From assembly GCF_008831285.2 (NCBI RefSeq), contig NC_045138.2, positions 36,084,001-36,148,000 on the forward strand: a stretch of DNA of 64,000 bases, in the 5' to 3' direction. Below are positions 1 to 12,049 of this stretch, in pieces (within the stretch, counting starts at the first letter, position 1; every line of letters starts with the position of its first letter). A program made the translations under genes and the position numbers. This DNA is from Nymphaea colorata. Lineage: Eukaryota. A model generated the notes under the pieces. The model ran no database searches. It was not told the DNA's origin and was given only the letters and a program-made list of their open reading frames with translations.

Positions 1-894
1 TTCATATACCTCAAAAGTAACCATGACTTGACATTTGAAACCCATGTGGCATCACATCACTCGTATAAACTTGTTTTCTATGCAAAAATGACAACTCATC
101 CCATGCCTTTTTTCACCCAAAATTGAGCTTCAGACAACTATCAGGAGATTGGACAAAAAAGTTCACCATGGATCAACACATTAAACTGACAAATTAATTC
201 CCAAGTAACCTCATATGTGCCTACTGCCTACTACATCTGATAAGTACATTCAAGGAGAATGCGTAACATCTTAAATCTAAAAACCTTATAGCTTTTCATC
301 TTTAACATTCACATTAGGAGAGCAATTCTAACATTTAGTAGATTACTTCCATAACATTTAGTTGCTTTCCTATGTAAGAACCAGCCCATCTATAATCTAA
401 TACAATTTGAGTTTGCAGAATCCAAAATAGTCAAATCCAAAATGATCGTGTGGCGGTGAATCCTTTAAATCAACCAGCACTTACCACTTTTTGTTGTCTT
501 AATTTATAAGTTTTGATATAATAAAAAAGCAATAGACATGGGAAATGGCTATGTTTCACAAAATTAATGGAGCCAGTGGATATTAGTAACAAATGCTGGG
601 GTCTTGTTCACTACAAATCTAAAGAACCTTTAACATATCAAATCTAAAAACAGTACAATGCAGACAAACTTAAAAATGGGCTTGCTGCATAAATCGACAA
701 CTAAAAAGTTCATCAATACTAGAAAACTAGATGCTCTGCACTCTTGAAAAGGATTAAAAATGGAAACGAAGGACAAACAGCAAAATATATATTGAGCAAA
801 AGTGAGTATCTACTATCTAGACATTTGATCAACAGTGATGCAGAAGTACATAACACAATGTAAGTACAAAAGTACAACAAATCAATAAACTTAC

Positions 895-1835
895 TCCCGT
901 TGAAATGGTGTACTCCAACTTTTGCGAGCATGGCATAATACTCGATCTCAGACTTCCTGAGAGGCGGGCAGTTGTTTGCAATGATTATCAATTTTGCTGC
1001 CCACAACAACAGAGCATGTTCGATGAGTTTGAATGACAGTAACATTCACAAGGCAAGATGCACGGCCGACGTATATAAACAGTTATCAGGCATTGGAAGA
1101 GTGATCCTATCGACTTCACATGGATAAATTAAGATATTGCATTTCATCCCGGTAGGCATACTATTGAAGCTGATCTGACCTCAATAACTATTTTTAGATT
1201 AACTACGCTAGCAAACCATAATGGTGAACGCAAAGCAAAATCAGGATATAAAACCCCCGCACTAAAAAATAAAACATAAAAACCTGCAGGGCCCTAACAG
1301 AGTAAAACTAAAAACCACAGGCATGATATAATCCCCCCCCCCAGCCCGACAAAGAAGCAGGAGAAGAAGGCAGGTGTGTTTGTCATCGCGAATGATTTAT
1401 CAGGTACAAAATGCACACGAGCATATTATGCAGCAAGGATGCTGTCGCATGAAATATAAAGCGTAATCAGTTGTTTAACAAAAAAAATAAAAGAATATCT
1501 TCCCTGAGATTCATCGCAAAGAGACGAAGGAAAAAAAGGAAGAGCTAATTCACGAATTTCAGCGGAAGCCCTCGAAAGATGGGTACCTTTGGAGCTTCTG
1601 AGAGATCTCAGGACGGTCTTGTAGCCGAGAGTGTACTTCCCGCTCTTCATTACGAGAGCGAGTCGATTGTTGATGCTCTCGTGAGTCTTCTTCTAAAGAA
1701 TAGCAAACAAAAATACGTCCGCAATCAGATCGACAACAAAGGAAAGGGAGAAATGCGAGATATCGCGGTTAGACCGCCAAGAGAGAGGAGGGTTGGGAAG
1801 AGAGAGAGACTCACAGCCTTCTTGGTGGACGCCAT
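895..1835 (-). CDS. RPL30: 60S ribosomal protein L30 (eL30), exons 1-3; remaining exon(s) not found, probably left of the window
   Basis: Exons 1835-1815, 1692-1587 and 996-895 with GT-AG introns give [76 protein letters not shown], the plant eL30 sequence. Confidence 0.97.
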
Positions 1836-1894
1836 GGCCGCCGTTCCTAGGGGACAAGGCTGGGAGACGAAAAGCCGAAGACGCCAAGAGACCC

Positions 1895-1902
1895 AAACCC
1901 TA
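1895..1902. promoter_or_regulatory. telo-box (AAACCCTA) upstream of the RPL30 start codon
   Basis: AAACCCTA lies 60 nt upstream of the ATG, inside an imperfect 19-bp tandem repeat (cccaaaccctagaacgact/cccaaaccctcaaacgact). Telo-boxes are common in plant ribosomal protein genes. Confidence 0.6.
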
Positions 1903-3946
1903 GAACGACTCCCAAACCCTCAAACGACTCCCGCTTTTATGTTTGCAGATGGAGCCGCGGCCGGGCGTTTTACTCATCTGAAAGCCTTATACCTGAGACG
2001 CCCTTGTATTTCTCATATTTTATAGCTGAATGTTTCAAAATTTTAACTTTCAACAAAAACAAATCGACTGTCTTTGGTTTGAGAGATGCACAGACTCCGT
2101 CATGAATTTGTAATTCTTACATCTTCAATATCATAATCTCAATTCAACCCTTTTTTTTATTTATAAGAAAATTTTGATTTTTTTTTTTATTTGAAAGATG
2201 CTTTATTGCATTGTTCACCATTGAGTCACAAAAATAGTGATTCTCAAGTCAAATCTTTTTTGTGGGTCTAATTTTGTAGTGAAAAATGCTAAATCTGTGG
2301 TCAGTTTGATAGAACCATGAGCACCACCTTCAATCATACCTCAAAAAAATATTTTGAAATCTTATTGCTTACAGCCCTCAATTAGAAATGAAAACGTAAA
2401 TCAGCACGCACAATGAGCTCAACATCCTTCGCAGCTTTACTCTTGCCATGTTAACAAGCACATAATAGATTAGATTATTAAATACGTCGTTACTTGGCGT
2501 ATTTATTCGCATGAAGTTTTTGGGCTTTTGACAAACAAATCATCACGAAGGAAATCCTACTAACAATTTTTTGCGAAAAACCGAGACCAGTTGAAATAAT
2601 TTTTAAATTGAAGCACTATAAAGCTGGCAGAGTTAATTTTAACTGCTAAAATACAAAGAATTCTCATACTTTAAGCTGTTATTTTGTAAAATACTTTTAG
2701 TATTTTCGCCAATGGGATGGGATGGTGGCTGAACAACGTGGCAGCAGCCCAACGCACGGTCTTGATTTCTAGGTACACTCATGTCAGGAAAAGAAAAGAG
2801 AGTGTGAGATCGAGAGAGAATGTAGTTTGTGAAGAATGATTCATTATCAAACTATGTCATGTCCGATCTCATTGAACGCCAGACATTTTTTTCCTTTTGA
2901 TTCCTCGACATGCTTCTATCTTGTGCAAATGCATGCCAGATGCATGAAGATAGAAGCTTCCATAGATGCAATAAATTTCGTCCTCTTTTAACAGTTAAAT
3001 AAGTAAATGTCAATCCATTTGTGCTGGTCTCTCCAAGAGAGTGTGTTTCTAAGGTGCTCTTAGTTTCTGCTTTCGTTTGAAATTGGATCTTTTTGTATGC
3101 AAGTCTCAAACGTTCTTTCCATTCTCAAGATTCTTTTTCTACACATATATGATACATGTGGAGTATTTATTTCATTTCGGTCTGCGTTTTGTAAGCCTAG
3201 ATAAGCGACTCACTGTAGCCTACACTACTTTATGATTAGACTTGATCTCAGGTGTACGAGCATCTGAAGTTTAAATCCTGCCTTCTACTTTGATATAATA
3301 CTTCTTACATGGGCATGGGTTAATTTAGTCTTTCCTGTAATAGTTAGGTTAACTGGGTGCCTACCTGTGGCTGTAGTCATTAGCATACATTCATAAATAT
3401 TTGGTAGAAATGCTTTACCTATGCCACAGTGAGAATTGAAAACTTATTGGACGATGATGATCGACCGAGATGATCATAGAATTCCAATAGCTTAGTCTTT
3501 ATTTGCTCTGTTCTAAATTGGCAATGACTTGTTGAACTAGGTCAGTATTGGATTGGATGGTCACCTTTCCGGTCGATGACTTAGGTTAGACATGGAGTGG
3601 GAAAAATCTGGAGGGGCACTAAGTTTCGTTCTTTGTGAAAATCAGAGAATCTGGTATTTAGGCCATGGCGTTTGGTCGTCTCATAAAGACTTTCGTTGCT
3701 AATTCCAAATATCATAGTAGCCAAAAGACTGGGGAGCGGAAGCTTTTATTTTCTCTTCCTTTCCCTCCCTTTTCAGCTGGTTGGGGCTGTATTTCAGATC
3801 CCTGCTAATAGAATAATAGTGTCCCCTTTGCGATGATTATGGGAAGCCAAATCCTTCTCGTGGACATCCTTATTTGGCTTTACCAAGAAACCGGAAACCA
3901 CCAGTAAAAATTTTCAGGAATAAGGATTTGGGCATGGGAATCAACA

Positions 3947-4656
3947 TGTTGCCGGTCGACTATGTCTGGCCCGGCCAAGCCAGTAAAAGGTCATGCTGCT
4001 TGGCCAGCTTAGGCATAGTTGGAAGGCATGTGGGATCAATCGGTCGCCGAGTCAAGCATAAAGCAATGCACGTGGAATGTGCAACGCGGTGGTGCAGTGA
4101 CAAGGCGTTTAAATGCATCAAGTTCAGCAGTCCCTTTGGAAGTGCAAGTCCGTCGTTGGGGAATCCAGTGGGTTCCCCACGCGTAGTGTTTGGATACACA
4201 AGGGGGTGCGCGTGGGTTAGGGGCAATTCCCCTAGTGGGCGCATACGCTGCGTTCCACAACCGCGTAGAGTCACGTGGGGGTGAGCAAGTGAATGCTCAT
4301 TGTCGAGTAGGGCGATGGTCGGCCGCCTTACTTAATGACATATAGTCGTCAACTCGCTTCGGCTGGGGACTTCCTCCCAAGGAAAGTCTACCCCCACCTA
4401 GATTTCGTTTGGATGTAGATAGGCACTTGGAAGAATGGCAAAGTTCTGACAGGGCCTCATGGCCACGGCTTGCCGATGGTCGACAATGGGTTAAACCTGG
4501 GTGATGGTGTGCCGAGTGCTTAGCACTCCTCGTCTAGTCCACAGTCCCGAAGAAACGATGAATGCTTCCGCTAACTTAAAAGATGAGTCAGGCTGGCCGA
4601 AGGCTTTGGGGAACGCCTTCGGCGTCGCGCGGGTCGGAGAAACTCGGCCCGTGACA
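3947..4656. mobile_element. solo LTR (710 bp)
   Basis: Begins TGTTGC and ends GTGACA (TG...CA, imperfect inverted termini). Flanked by a perfect 5-bp TSD CAACA (3942-3946, 4657-4661). GC-richer than its flanks, with no internal coding region. Confidence 0.75.
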
Positions 4657-5088
4657 CAACACGTCCTATTTTTATCTATGTATTTGCTACCAAGCCCGGT
4701 CTTCTTCTCTGATATTGCGAACTAGGAGATAATAGTTGCCGTTGATGGCAGGCATTAGATAACAGGATTAGACATCTGCATTTAGGACGACGAGATTCAA
4801 AGGGGAAGAAACAATCACAATCATTTTTGCGTCCACACTGGATTGATTGCTTGGGCGATGGCATCTCAATCTGAAAGGCCTCGATTGGATGACAAGGGAA
4901 AAAAAATGGTTACAAAGAAATTTCGATCCTAAACAAGGTCTTTCAAGCCTTTTTTTTTTTGTCAAGAAAAAGGAAAACAAATGGCAGCTATTTTTTTTCG
5001 GCCACTCATCAGCTGGGAAACGGGCCGGTTGTGCTCAGTTTTGTCAGGCCACCCCGTTTCTTCAGGTAGATACATGAATGCACATGCA

Positions 5089-5119
<31 letters not shown>

Positions 5120-5394
5120 TTCCAGAATGTGTTGCATTATTTGGTCCATGTAATTTACATACTTTAAAGTCTAATTTCAGATTTTATAGCCTTATTTTAA
5201 CATAAGTAGGCGTATCTTTTGCTCTTGTTTTTGCGGTCTGTTTTTGTATTTAGGGAACCTCTTGTCCCCAAATTTTGTTATATATTCTCATTTTATCGGC
5301 TAACATAAATAGGCGTTAAACAAGTAGCTGCTATATATCTAGTATTATAAATTTGTAGCTGTATAATATACAACATATATATCACATAATAATA

Positions 5395-5929
5395 TGTGAA
5401 AAAGAGGAACTAAGGAAGAAGAAAAGAGAAGATTTTACATAGTTCAGTGTAAATTTACCTACGTCCACCAGAGGGGTCCTTCCACCATGTGTGGTGGAGA
5501 GACTTTTCCACTATTTATAATGTTTACACCTTATACTTCTCCTTGATCTTAGGAGAGATTACATCCTTATCTTAATTGCTCTTATGAGTTGTACATGAAT
5601 CCTTAATATGATTGTCGGTTTTAGATTGACTTGCTTTGTTCGGTTGTTGCCTTTCTGGATCGCCATCTTCCTTAGTAATGGTGGCTGATTTGCCTTGGTC
5701 ATTTTCTGTTTTAATAACCAACACACTCCTCCTTGGATGAATCTTCCCCAAATCATCATGAATATCTGCAGCTATCTTGCCTCTATTATCTCCTGCATTA
5801 ATATCCAATGTGATCCCACTAATATCCAATGCAATCCGTGGCCTGGCTGATTTAGCCTTTGTTGTAACTGACGCAGTCTGCATTCTTCCCAATCTTGCCA
5901 ATTGGTGATTATCATCCTTATCCGTTTCA
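5395..5929 (-). repeat. 3' LTR of the Copia element (535 bp)
   Basis: Direct repeat of 9779-10341, adjacent to the PPT. Confidence 0.95.
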
Positions 5930-5944
5930 TCCCCCCTCAAACTG

Positions 5945-8900
5945 AGCGGGGCTTTAGTGATGCCCAGTTTGGCGCGAAGTGTATTGAAAAAGTTGCCTGA
6001 CAGTGCCTTGGTGAATATATCAGCAAGTTGTTAGAAAGAAGACACAAAATGAGTAGTAAGCTGACCAAGCGCAACCTTTTCACGAATGAAGTGATAATCG
6101 AATTCGACATGTTTCATGTGAGGGTAGAATATTGGCTTAATAGAAACCTGTAGCGCAGACATATTATCACAATATAAGGTAGGTGCAGAGGCCAAGCATA
6201 TTCCAAGATCTTTCAAGATATATGTAATCCACATAAGTTCAGCGGCTGCAGATGCCATAGAGCGATACTCAGCTTTAGTCGTAGATCGAGCAACAATAGG
6301 CCGTTTCTTAGCAGTCCAAGAGATACAATTTGTGCCGATGAAGGTGCAATAACCGGTAGTAGAGCGTCGAGTGTCTAGACATCCTGCCCAATCAGAGTCA
6401 GAGAAAGCATGAAGCCGAAAATCCCTCTGAGGAGAAAGAATACAACCATTAGAAATGGTGCCATGAATGCAGCGAAGTATACACTTCACAAGTTGGAAAT
6501 GACTATTCTTTGGTGTCTGCTGACATAATTAACACTGAACGATATGTCAGGTCGAGTGAATGTCAAGTATTGTAGTCCTCAAACTAAACTCTAAAATAAG
6601 GTTGGATCTGGAAAAAGTTTATCATCACTAGGAGGTTGATAGTGTTGAATCAAAGGAGTGATGACAGGTTTGCAACTGAGCAGTTTCGCACGTTCTGGTA
6701 GATTGAAGGCTTATCGTTTTTTATTTAAGAAGAGTCCAGAACGGGTTCGAACAACTTCTATACCCAAAAAATGATGAAGATATCCAAGATCTTTCATGGC
6801 GAATATAGTACTAAGCTCATTAACAAACTCTTGAAGAAGGATGTTGTTGCTCTCTATTAATATGATGTCATCAACATAGAGGAGGAGAAAAATAGTACCT
6901 TGGGCTTCTCGATTGACGAAGAAGGAGGAATCAGAGATGCTTGTATAAAACCCTTTTGTCAATAAGAATGAACCAAAGCAATCATAACAAGCTCGAGGAG
7001 CCTGGCGAAGTCCATAAAGTGCTCAATGAAGATAACAGACGTGCATTGGTTTGGACGTATCAACGAACCTTGGAGGCTGTTCAATAAAAACTATTTGATC
7101 TAAGTTGCCATGGAGGAACGCATTTTTGACGTCTAGCTGCCTGATGTCCCAATTGTTGGTTAATGCAATGGTGAGGACGATGTGAATTGTAGCCAGTTTA
7201 ATAACATGAGAGAAAGTTTCCATAAAATCAATGCCCAGGATTTGATTGAACTCGCGACCGACGAGTCTGGCCTTCAAGCGTTACCATCGCTTTTCATTTT
7301 TGTTTTGAAAACCCAGCGTGTACTTACCACATTCATGTTTGACTGCCGAGGAACGAGAGTCCAAGTCTTACAGTGCTGAAGGACATTTAGTTCTTCTTTC
7401 ATTGCTGTCACCCAACCATCATGCATTAAGGCTTCTTTCACTGTTTTGGGTTCTAGTGGAATACTCACAGTGAGAAAATATCGAGGATTGGGTTTGGTAA
7501 CACCAGCCTTTGCTCGAGTAACCATGGCATGAGAATTTGATGAAGTACGAGGAATATGAATGGACTCGTCATGTGCTTTCCTTGTTGTATCAGCATTCAT
7601 TGGAGATAACTCAGCTGGTGTGAGGATTAGACTTTCTTGATGTGAGGGCTCATCATACGAAGACGTCAATTCTCCTGTGGTTGGTTGATGCGTGGAAGAT
7701 GCAGAAACATTCAAAATAGCCAAACTAGTTGGTGACGCCTCTTGAGTTGGAATCTCTTCATGATGCATACGAGCAGAGGTATCATAAGAGTCAACATGTT
7801 GTCTATCAGGCAATGCAATAACGTCATGAGAAGGCTCTGTCCAATCATTGAAGGTGGCAGAATGCAGCTGCAGTTCAACCTTTGAGAATAATATTTCAGG
7901 CTTGTGATAAGGAAAATAAGCTTCATCAAATGCAACATGTGGTGATATATATATTTGACCAGTAGGAGGATATAGACATCGATAGCCTTTATGAATAGAA
8001 CTATACCCCAAAAAGACACAGGGTAATGATCTTGGCTCAAATTTATGTTTGGTATAATCTCTCAAGTAAGGAAAACAACGACTCCCAAACATACGAAGGC
8101 ATGAATAATCTGGTTTTTTTCTAAACACACACTCAAAAAGTGATTTCATATGCAAGGTGGGAGTAGGAGGCCGATTGATCAACCACACAGCCGTTAGGAA
8201 GGCATCGACCCAATATTTCATGGGTACGTGAGAGTGAAACATCATGGTGAGGCCTAATTCAACGATGGACCGGTGTCGCCATTCAGCCAGCCCGTTTTGT
8301 GGTGGCGTTTTGGGGCATGACTTAATATGTTGAATGTCATTGTTTCACAAATAAGTTTCTAAGATACGGCTATTAAATTCAACCTCTTCATTAGTCTGGA
8401 AAATTTTTAACTTGGTCCCAAATTGTCGTTCAACTAATTTATGGAAATCCATAAATACTTGGCAAAGTTCAGATTTGTGCCGGAGAGGATATAACCAAAC
8501 AAATCTTGTAGCCTCATCAACAAATATAGCATAAAATTGAAATTTTTGTGAAGACATGATGGGGGCTGGTCCACATAAATCACAATGAATACGTTCCAGG
8601 AAAACTTGAGAATGTTCTTCTACTGGAAGAAATGGCAACTGACACATCTTGGTGATTTGACAACTAGAACAAATTGCCATTCTTGATTGAGGTCCACTCA
8701 CCTCAGTGTTATTTTTGCTAACAAGAAAATCAACTATATGACAATGAGGATGGCCCAAACATTGATGCCACATCTCTTTATTTGTTGACTAAAATCTACT
8801 GAAAAAGAAAACTGCATGTTGTTGATCCTTGAGTGTCTCTTGGAACGCATAAAGTTCTCCAGCTCTACTGCCTGATGCTATCAGTCGGTTGTTCCTCTTG

Positions 8901-9670
8901 TCCTTAACAAAAAACCCATCAGCATAGAATTGAAAAACATATCGATATTCACATGTTAACTGGCTGACTGAGACTAAATTCTTGTTAATTTGAAGCACAA
9001 CTAGCAAGTTGTTGAGAATAAGACGTCTTTCTCTGTTTTAGATATCAGCATTTCCAATATGAGTGACATTCAATTTGTCACCATTTCCTACCATAATTTG
9101 ATCATTACCATGATACTGAGTAAAGTTTGTAAGGTTACCTGGATCAGATGTTATATGCGTGGACACGCTTGTATCGGGAAACCATTTGTTATCTTGACCG
9201 TCCTGTAAGAAAAAAAGCTTATCTATTGCTGATTACAACTGTGGCTGCAAGCTCGTCACAAATTTTCTTGAACCCACAGATGTAATCAGCAATAGATAAG
9301 CTTTTTTTCTTATAAGTCTGAAGTTTTTGCATAAGCAGGTGTTCCCTCTCTTGATATTTATGAGAAAAATGAGTGTTTCATGCCTCTTTAGAGGTCTGAA
9401 GGCCAATAATCGTGCCCATGACCTCTTCTGGGAGAGTGCCGGTGATCCATCCACGCAATAGTCGATCTGATTTTCGCCATGCTTGATAGATTGGATTCAC
9501 TCGTTTCTCCACCGTACCATCTTTCCTGGTACGCTTGATTGTGGGTTCAGGTGCAGTCGTCTCTCCCTCAATGAGCTCAGTCATATCTTGGCTTTCAATG
9601 AGCCCAAGCAGTTGAGTTTTCCATATCAAGAAATTGGTTTAGTTCAACTTAATAGTCACAAAATTTTCGA
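5945..9670 (-). pseudogene. Copia gag-pol polyprotein broken by stops and frameshifts
   Basis: Fragments: gag N-terminus (IWKTQLLGLIES...WRKSDRLLRGWI), protease (WFPDTSVSTHIT), GAG-pre-integrase (WHQCLGHP), integrase (IHCDLCGPAP...FVDEATRFVW), RT (KARLV...QLDVKNAFLHG...LLLYVDDII), RNase H (AFSDSDWAGCLDTRRSTTG). Confidence 0.93.
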
Positions 9671-9778
9671 CGTTTAAGTTGTAAGGGTATGGGTAAGGGG
9701 AGGTCACGGTGGAAGCCATTGAGAAAATACGAGAACTTGAAGAGACTCACGGCCCAAGACCCTATTGCTTTTATACCA

Positions 9779-10341
9779 TGTGAAAAAGAAGAACTAAGGA
9801 AGAAGAAAAGAGAAGATTTTACGTGGTTCAGTGTAAATTCACCTACGTCCACCAGAGGGGTCCTTTCACCATGTGTGGTGGAGAGGTTTTTCCACTATTT
9901 ATAATGCTTACACCTTAGACTTCTCCTTGATCTTAGGAGAGATTACATTCTTATCTAATTGCTCTTATGAGCTGTACAAAAATCCTTAGTAATTGCTCTT
10001 ATGAGCTGTACAAGAATCCTTAATATGATTGTGGGTTTTGGATTGACTTGCTTTGTTAGGGTGTTGCTTTTCTGGATCCGCCATCTTCCTTAGTAACCGT
10101 AGCTGATTTGCCTTTGTCATTTTCTGTTTTAATAACCAACGCACTCTTCCTTGGATGAATCTTCCCCAAATCATAGTGAATATCTATCTTGCCTCCATTA
10201 TCTCCTGCATTAATATTCAATGTAATCCCATTAATATCCAATGCAATCGGTGGCGTGGCTGATTTAGCCTTTGTTGTAACTGACGCAATCTTCGTTCTTG
10301 CCAATCTTGCCAATTGGTGATTATCATTCTTATCCGTTTCA
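9779..10341 (-). repeat. 5' LTR of the Copia element (563 bp)
   Basis: Direct repeat of 5395-5929, adjacent to the PBS. Carries an extra ~34-bp tandem duplication at about 9956-10023. Confidence 0.95.
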
Positions 10342-10423
10342 TAATAGTGGTCGGTAAGTGAAGGTGCAGAGCGCGAACATCCAACTGTCATAAACTGGGT
10401 TGGGGAAAAAGGTTGTAGACCTG

Positions 10424-10592
10424 ACAGCAACCAATCCATTCAAGGAACCAGAAACCTGTAAGCGATCAAAAATTGTCCAACCAGCAGCTTCGCTTTTAGC
10501 AAAGAACACTGCCACGAGGATCATTTTTTAATTACAGCAACCAATCCATTCAAGGAACCAGAAACCTGTAAGCGATCAAAAATTGTCCAACC
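10424..10592. repeat. 59-bp direct repeat, two copies, 51-bp spacer
   Basis: acagcaaccaatccattcaaggaaccagaaacctgtaagcgatcaaaaattgtccaacc at 10424-10482 and 10534-10592. Confidence 0.9.
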
Positions 10593-12049
10593 GGCACTGG
10601 ACGTGGGCATTTAGCATGAAGGAAGGATCGATACAAAGACATTTCGATGGCATAACGCTGGAGCAGGTAAAACATTACACAATGACATCCACTTCAAACA
10701 GTACAAACAAAATGCACACTTGAGCGGTGGGATTAGCCTCTCACTTACCCGAAGCTTTTTGATTCTTACAAGCAGACAAATAAACCTGGTTTGTGTTTAA
10801 GCCAGTTTTGGTCTGCCAAACATACATATGATTTGAGTTTTAACCTCATTCTCCTCCAAAACTAGGTTCATCGAAATGACATGAACTTTTTTTTATTGTG
10901 GCTGCTGGTGTCAGTTACAGTGTTGGGCATATACTGCCCTCGCATTAATAGGTTTATTGTATGGAAGGAGGAGAAAAGATACGTGGTTGATGCACGATGT
11001 CTGCCGTGCGTTCATGGGGAGAGAGGCTTTTGGCAGGTAGAGTTGAGAAACATGTGGATGATATTATGTAGGAATATTTTGGCTGATTTCATAATAAGCT
11101 TAAGCAATAAGATTTTATTCCCGATCATGTTTATTTTTTTATTTTAATGCAAAAACGGAAAGGCGCATCTTTTCTTGTCTCTTTATCTCAGGTTCTCATT
11201 TCACCTTTCCTAGTTATTGTTTGTGTACTTTTTGGGTCCACTATCTCTCAGGCTTTCACATTTATGTTCATCTTCATTCCCATCATGAAACCTTATCTCA
11301 ATTAAAAGGAGGTTGGCTTTATGAGCTTTGCTTTCTCCTTCCCTTTAAAATCTAAAATTTCATCTCTAGTTTTCTTGGTCCTGCGTTCAGTGTTTGCTTC
11401 CTAGTCATTAGTAGCTTCTTTCGGTTGGAAAGTCCTCAGCAGCTCCTTTCACTTTTATCATCACTTCTATGATGAAGCTTCGGTTGTAAAGCCATAATGT
11501 GTGTTTTCTGTTCGTCTGCTTAATAGTAAGGAGACTCGTGCTTCACATCCCCTGTTTTATATGTATCCGACTCGTCCTACAAGGGAGAGAGAGTGGGATT
11601 TATTTCTTTCCCATATATCTGACTCATCTGCAACTCGCGCGTGCAAGAGAGACTGATTGAGAAGTTTTTTTAATACTGTGGTTTGTTAGAAAAGTAGATC
11701 CATTTGTTTTATAGAGTACAATATTTTCAGTTCGTAAAGACGTTAGGGGACTGAAATTTGCATGTTCAGAGCCTCGGAAAAGGCACACTCGTAGCTGCGG
11801 CCTAAGTTAGCATTCTAGGGTGCGCAATAGATAGATGGTTTGAGCCGTTAAGGATTCCGTTTCTCGTGCGAGAGTTTTTGAGACACAAATCTTTTCGGAT
11901 TGTAGATGACTGGAAGTGGCTTTTTGGCCTCTTTAATACACGATCATTCTACTTCTCTTCCTTTCCGCTTAGAGCCTATGCGCGTCTACCTGCCACTTTT
12001 GCCAAGCACTAGAGACAGGTCGGTCCAGATCATCTAGCAATCAGTGGTT

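Larger units (their letters stand above)
5395..10341 (-). mobile_element. Ty1/Copia LTR retrotransposon, both LTRs present, coding region degenerate
   Basis: LTRs 9779-10341 and 5395-5929 (TG...CA); TSD TAATA at 5390-5394 and 10342-10346; iMet-type PBS TGGTATAAAAGC on - (9767-9778); PPT TTGAGGGGGGA (5930-5940); internal order gag-PR-INT-RT-RNaseH. Confidence 0.97.

Noticed and set aside
1081..1190. Possible C/D snoRNA in RPL30 intron 2 (minus strand agtta...CTGAtaact terminal stem)
   Set aside because: No RUGAUGA C box next to the stem and no rRNA guide that I can recognise; an Rfam/snoscan search would be needed.
5559..5940. ORFs of 66-127 aa here and at 9986-10439
   Set aside because: They lie within the Copia LTRs and resemble no known protein.
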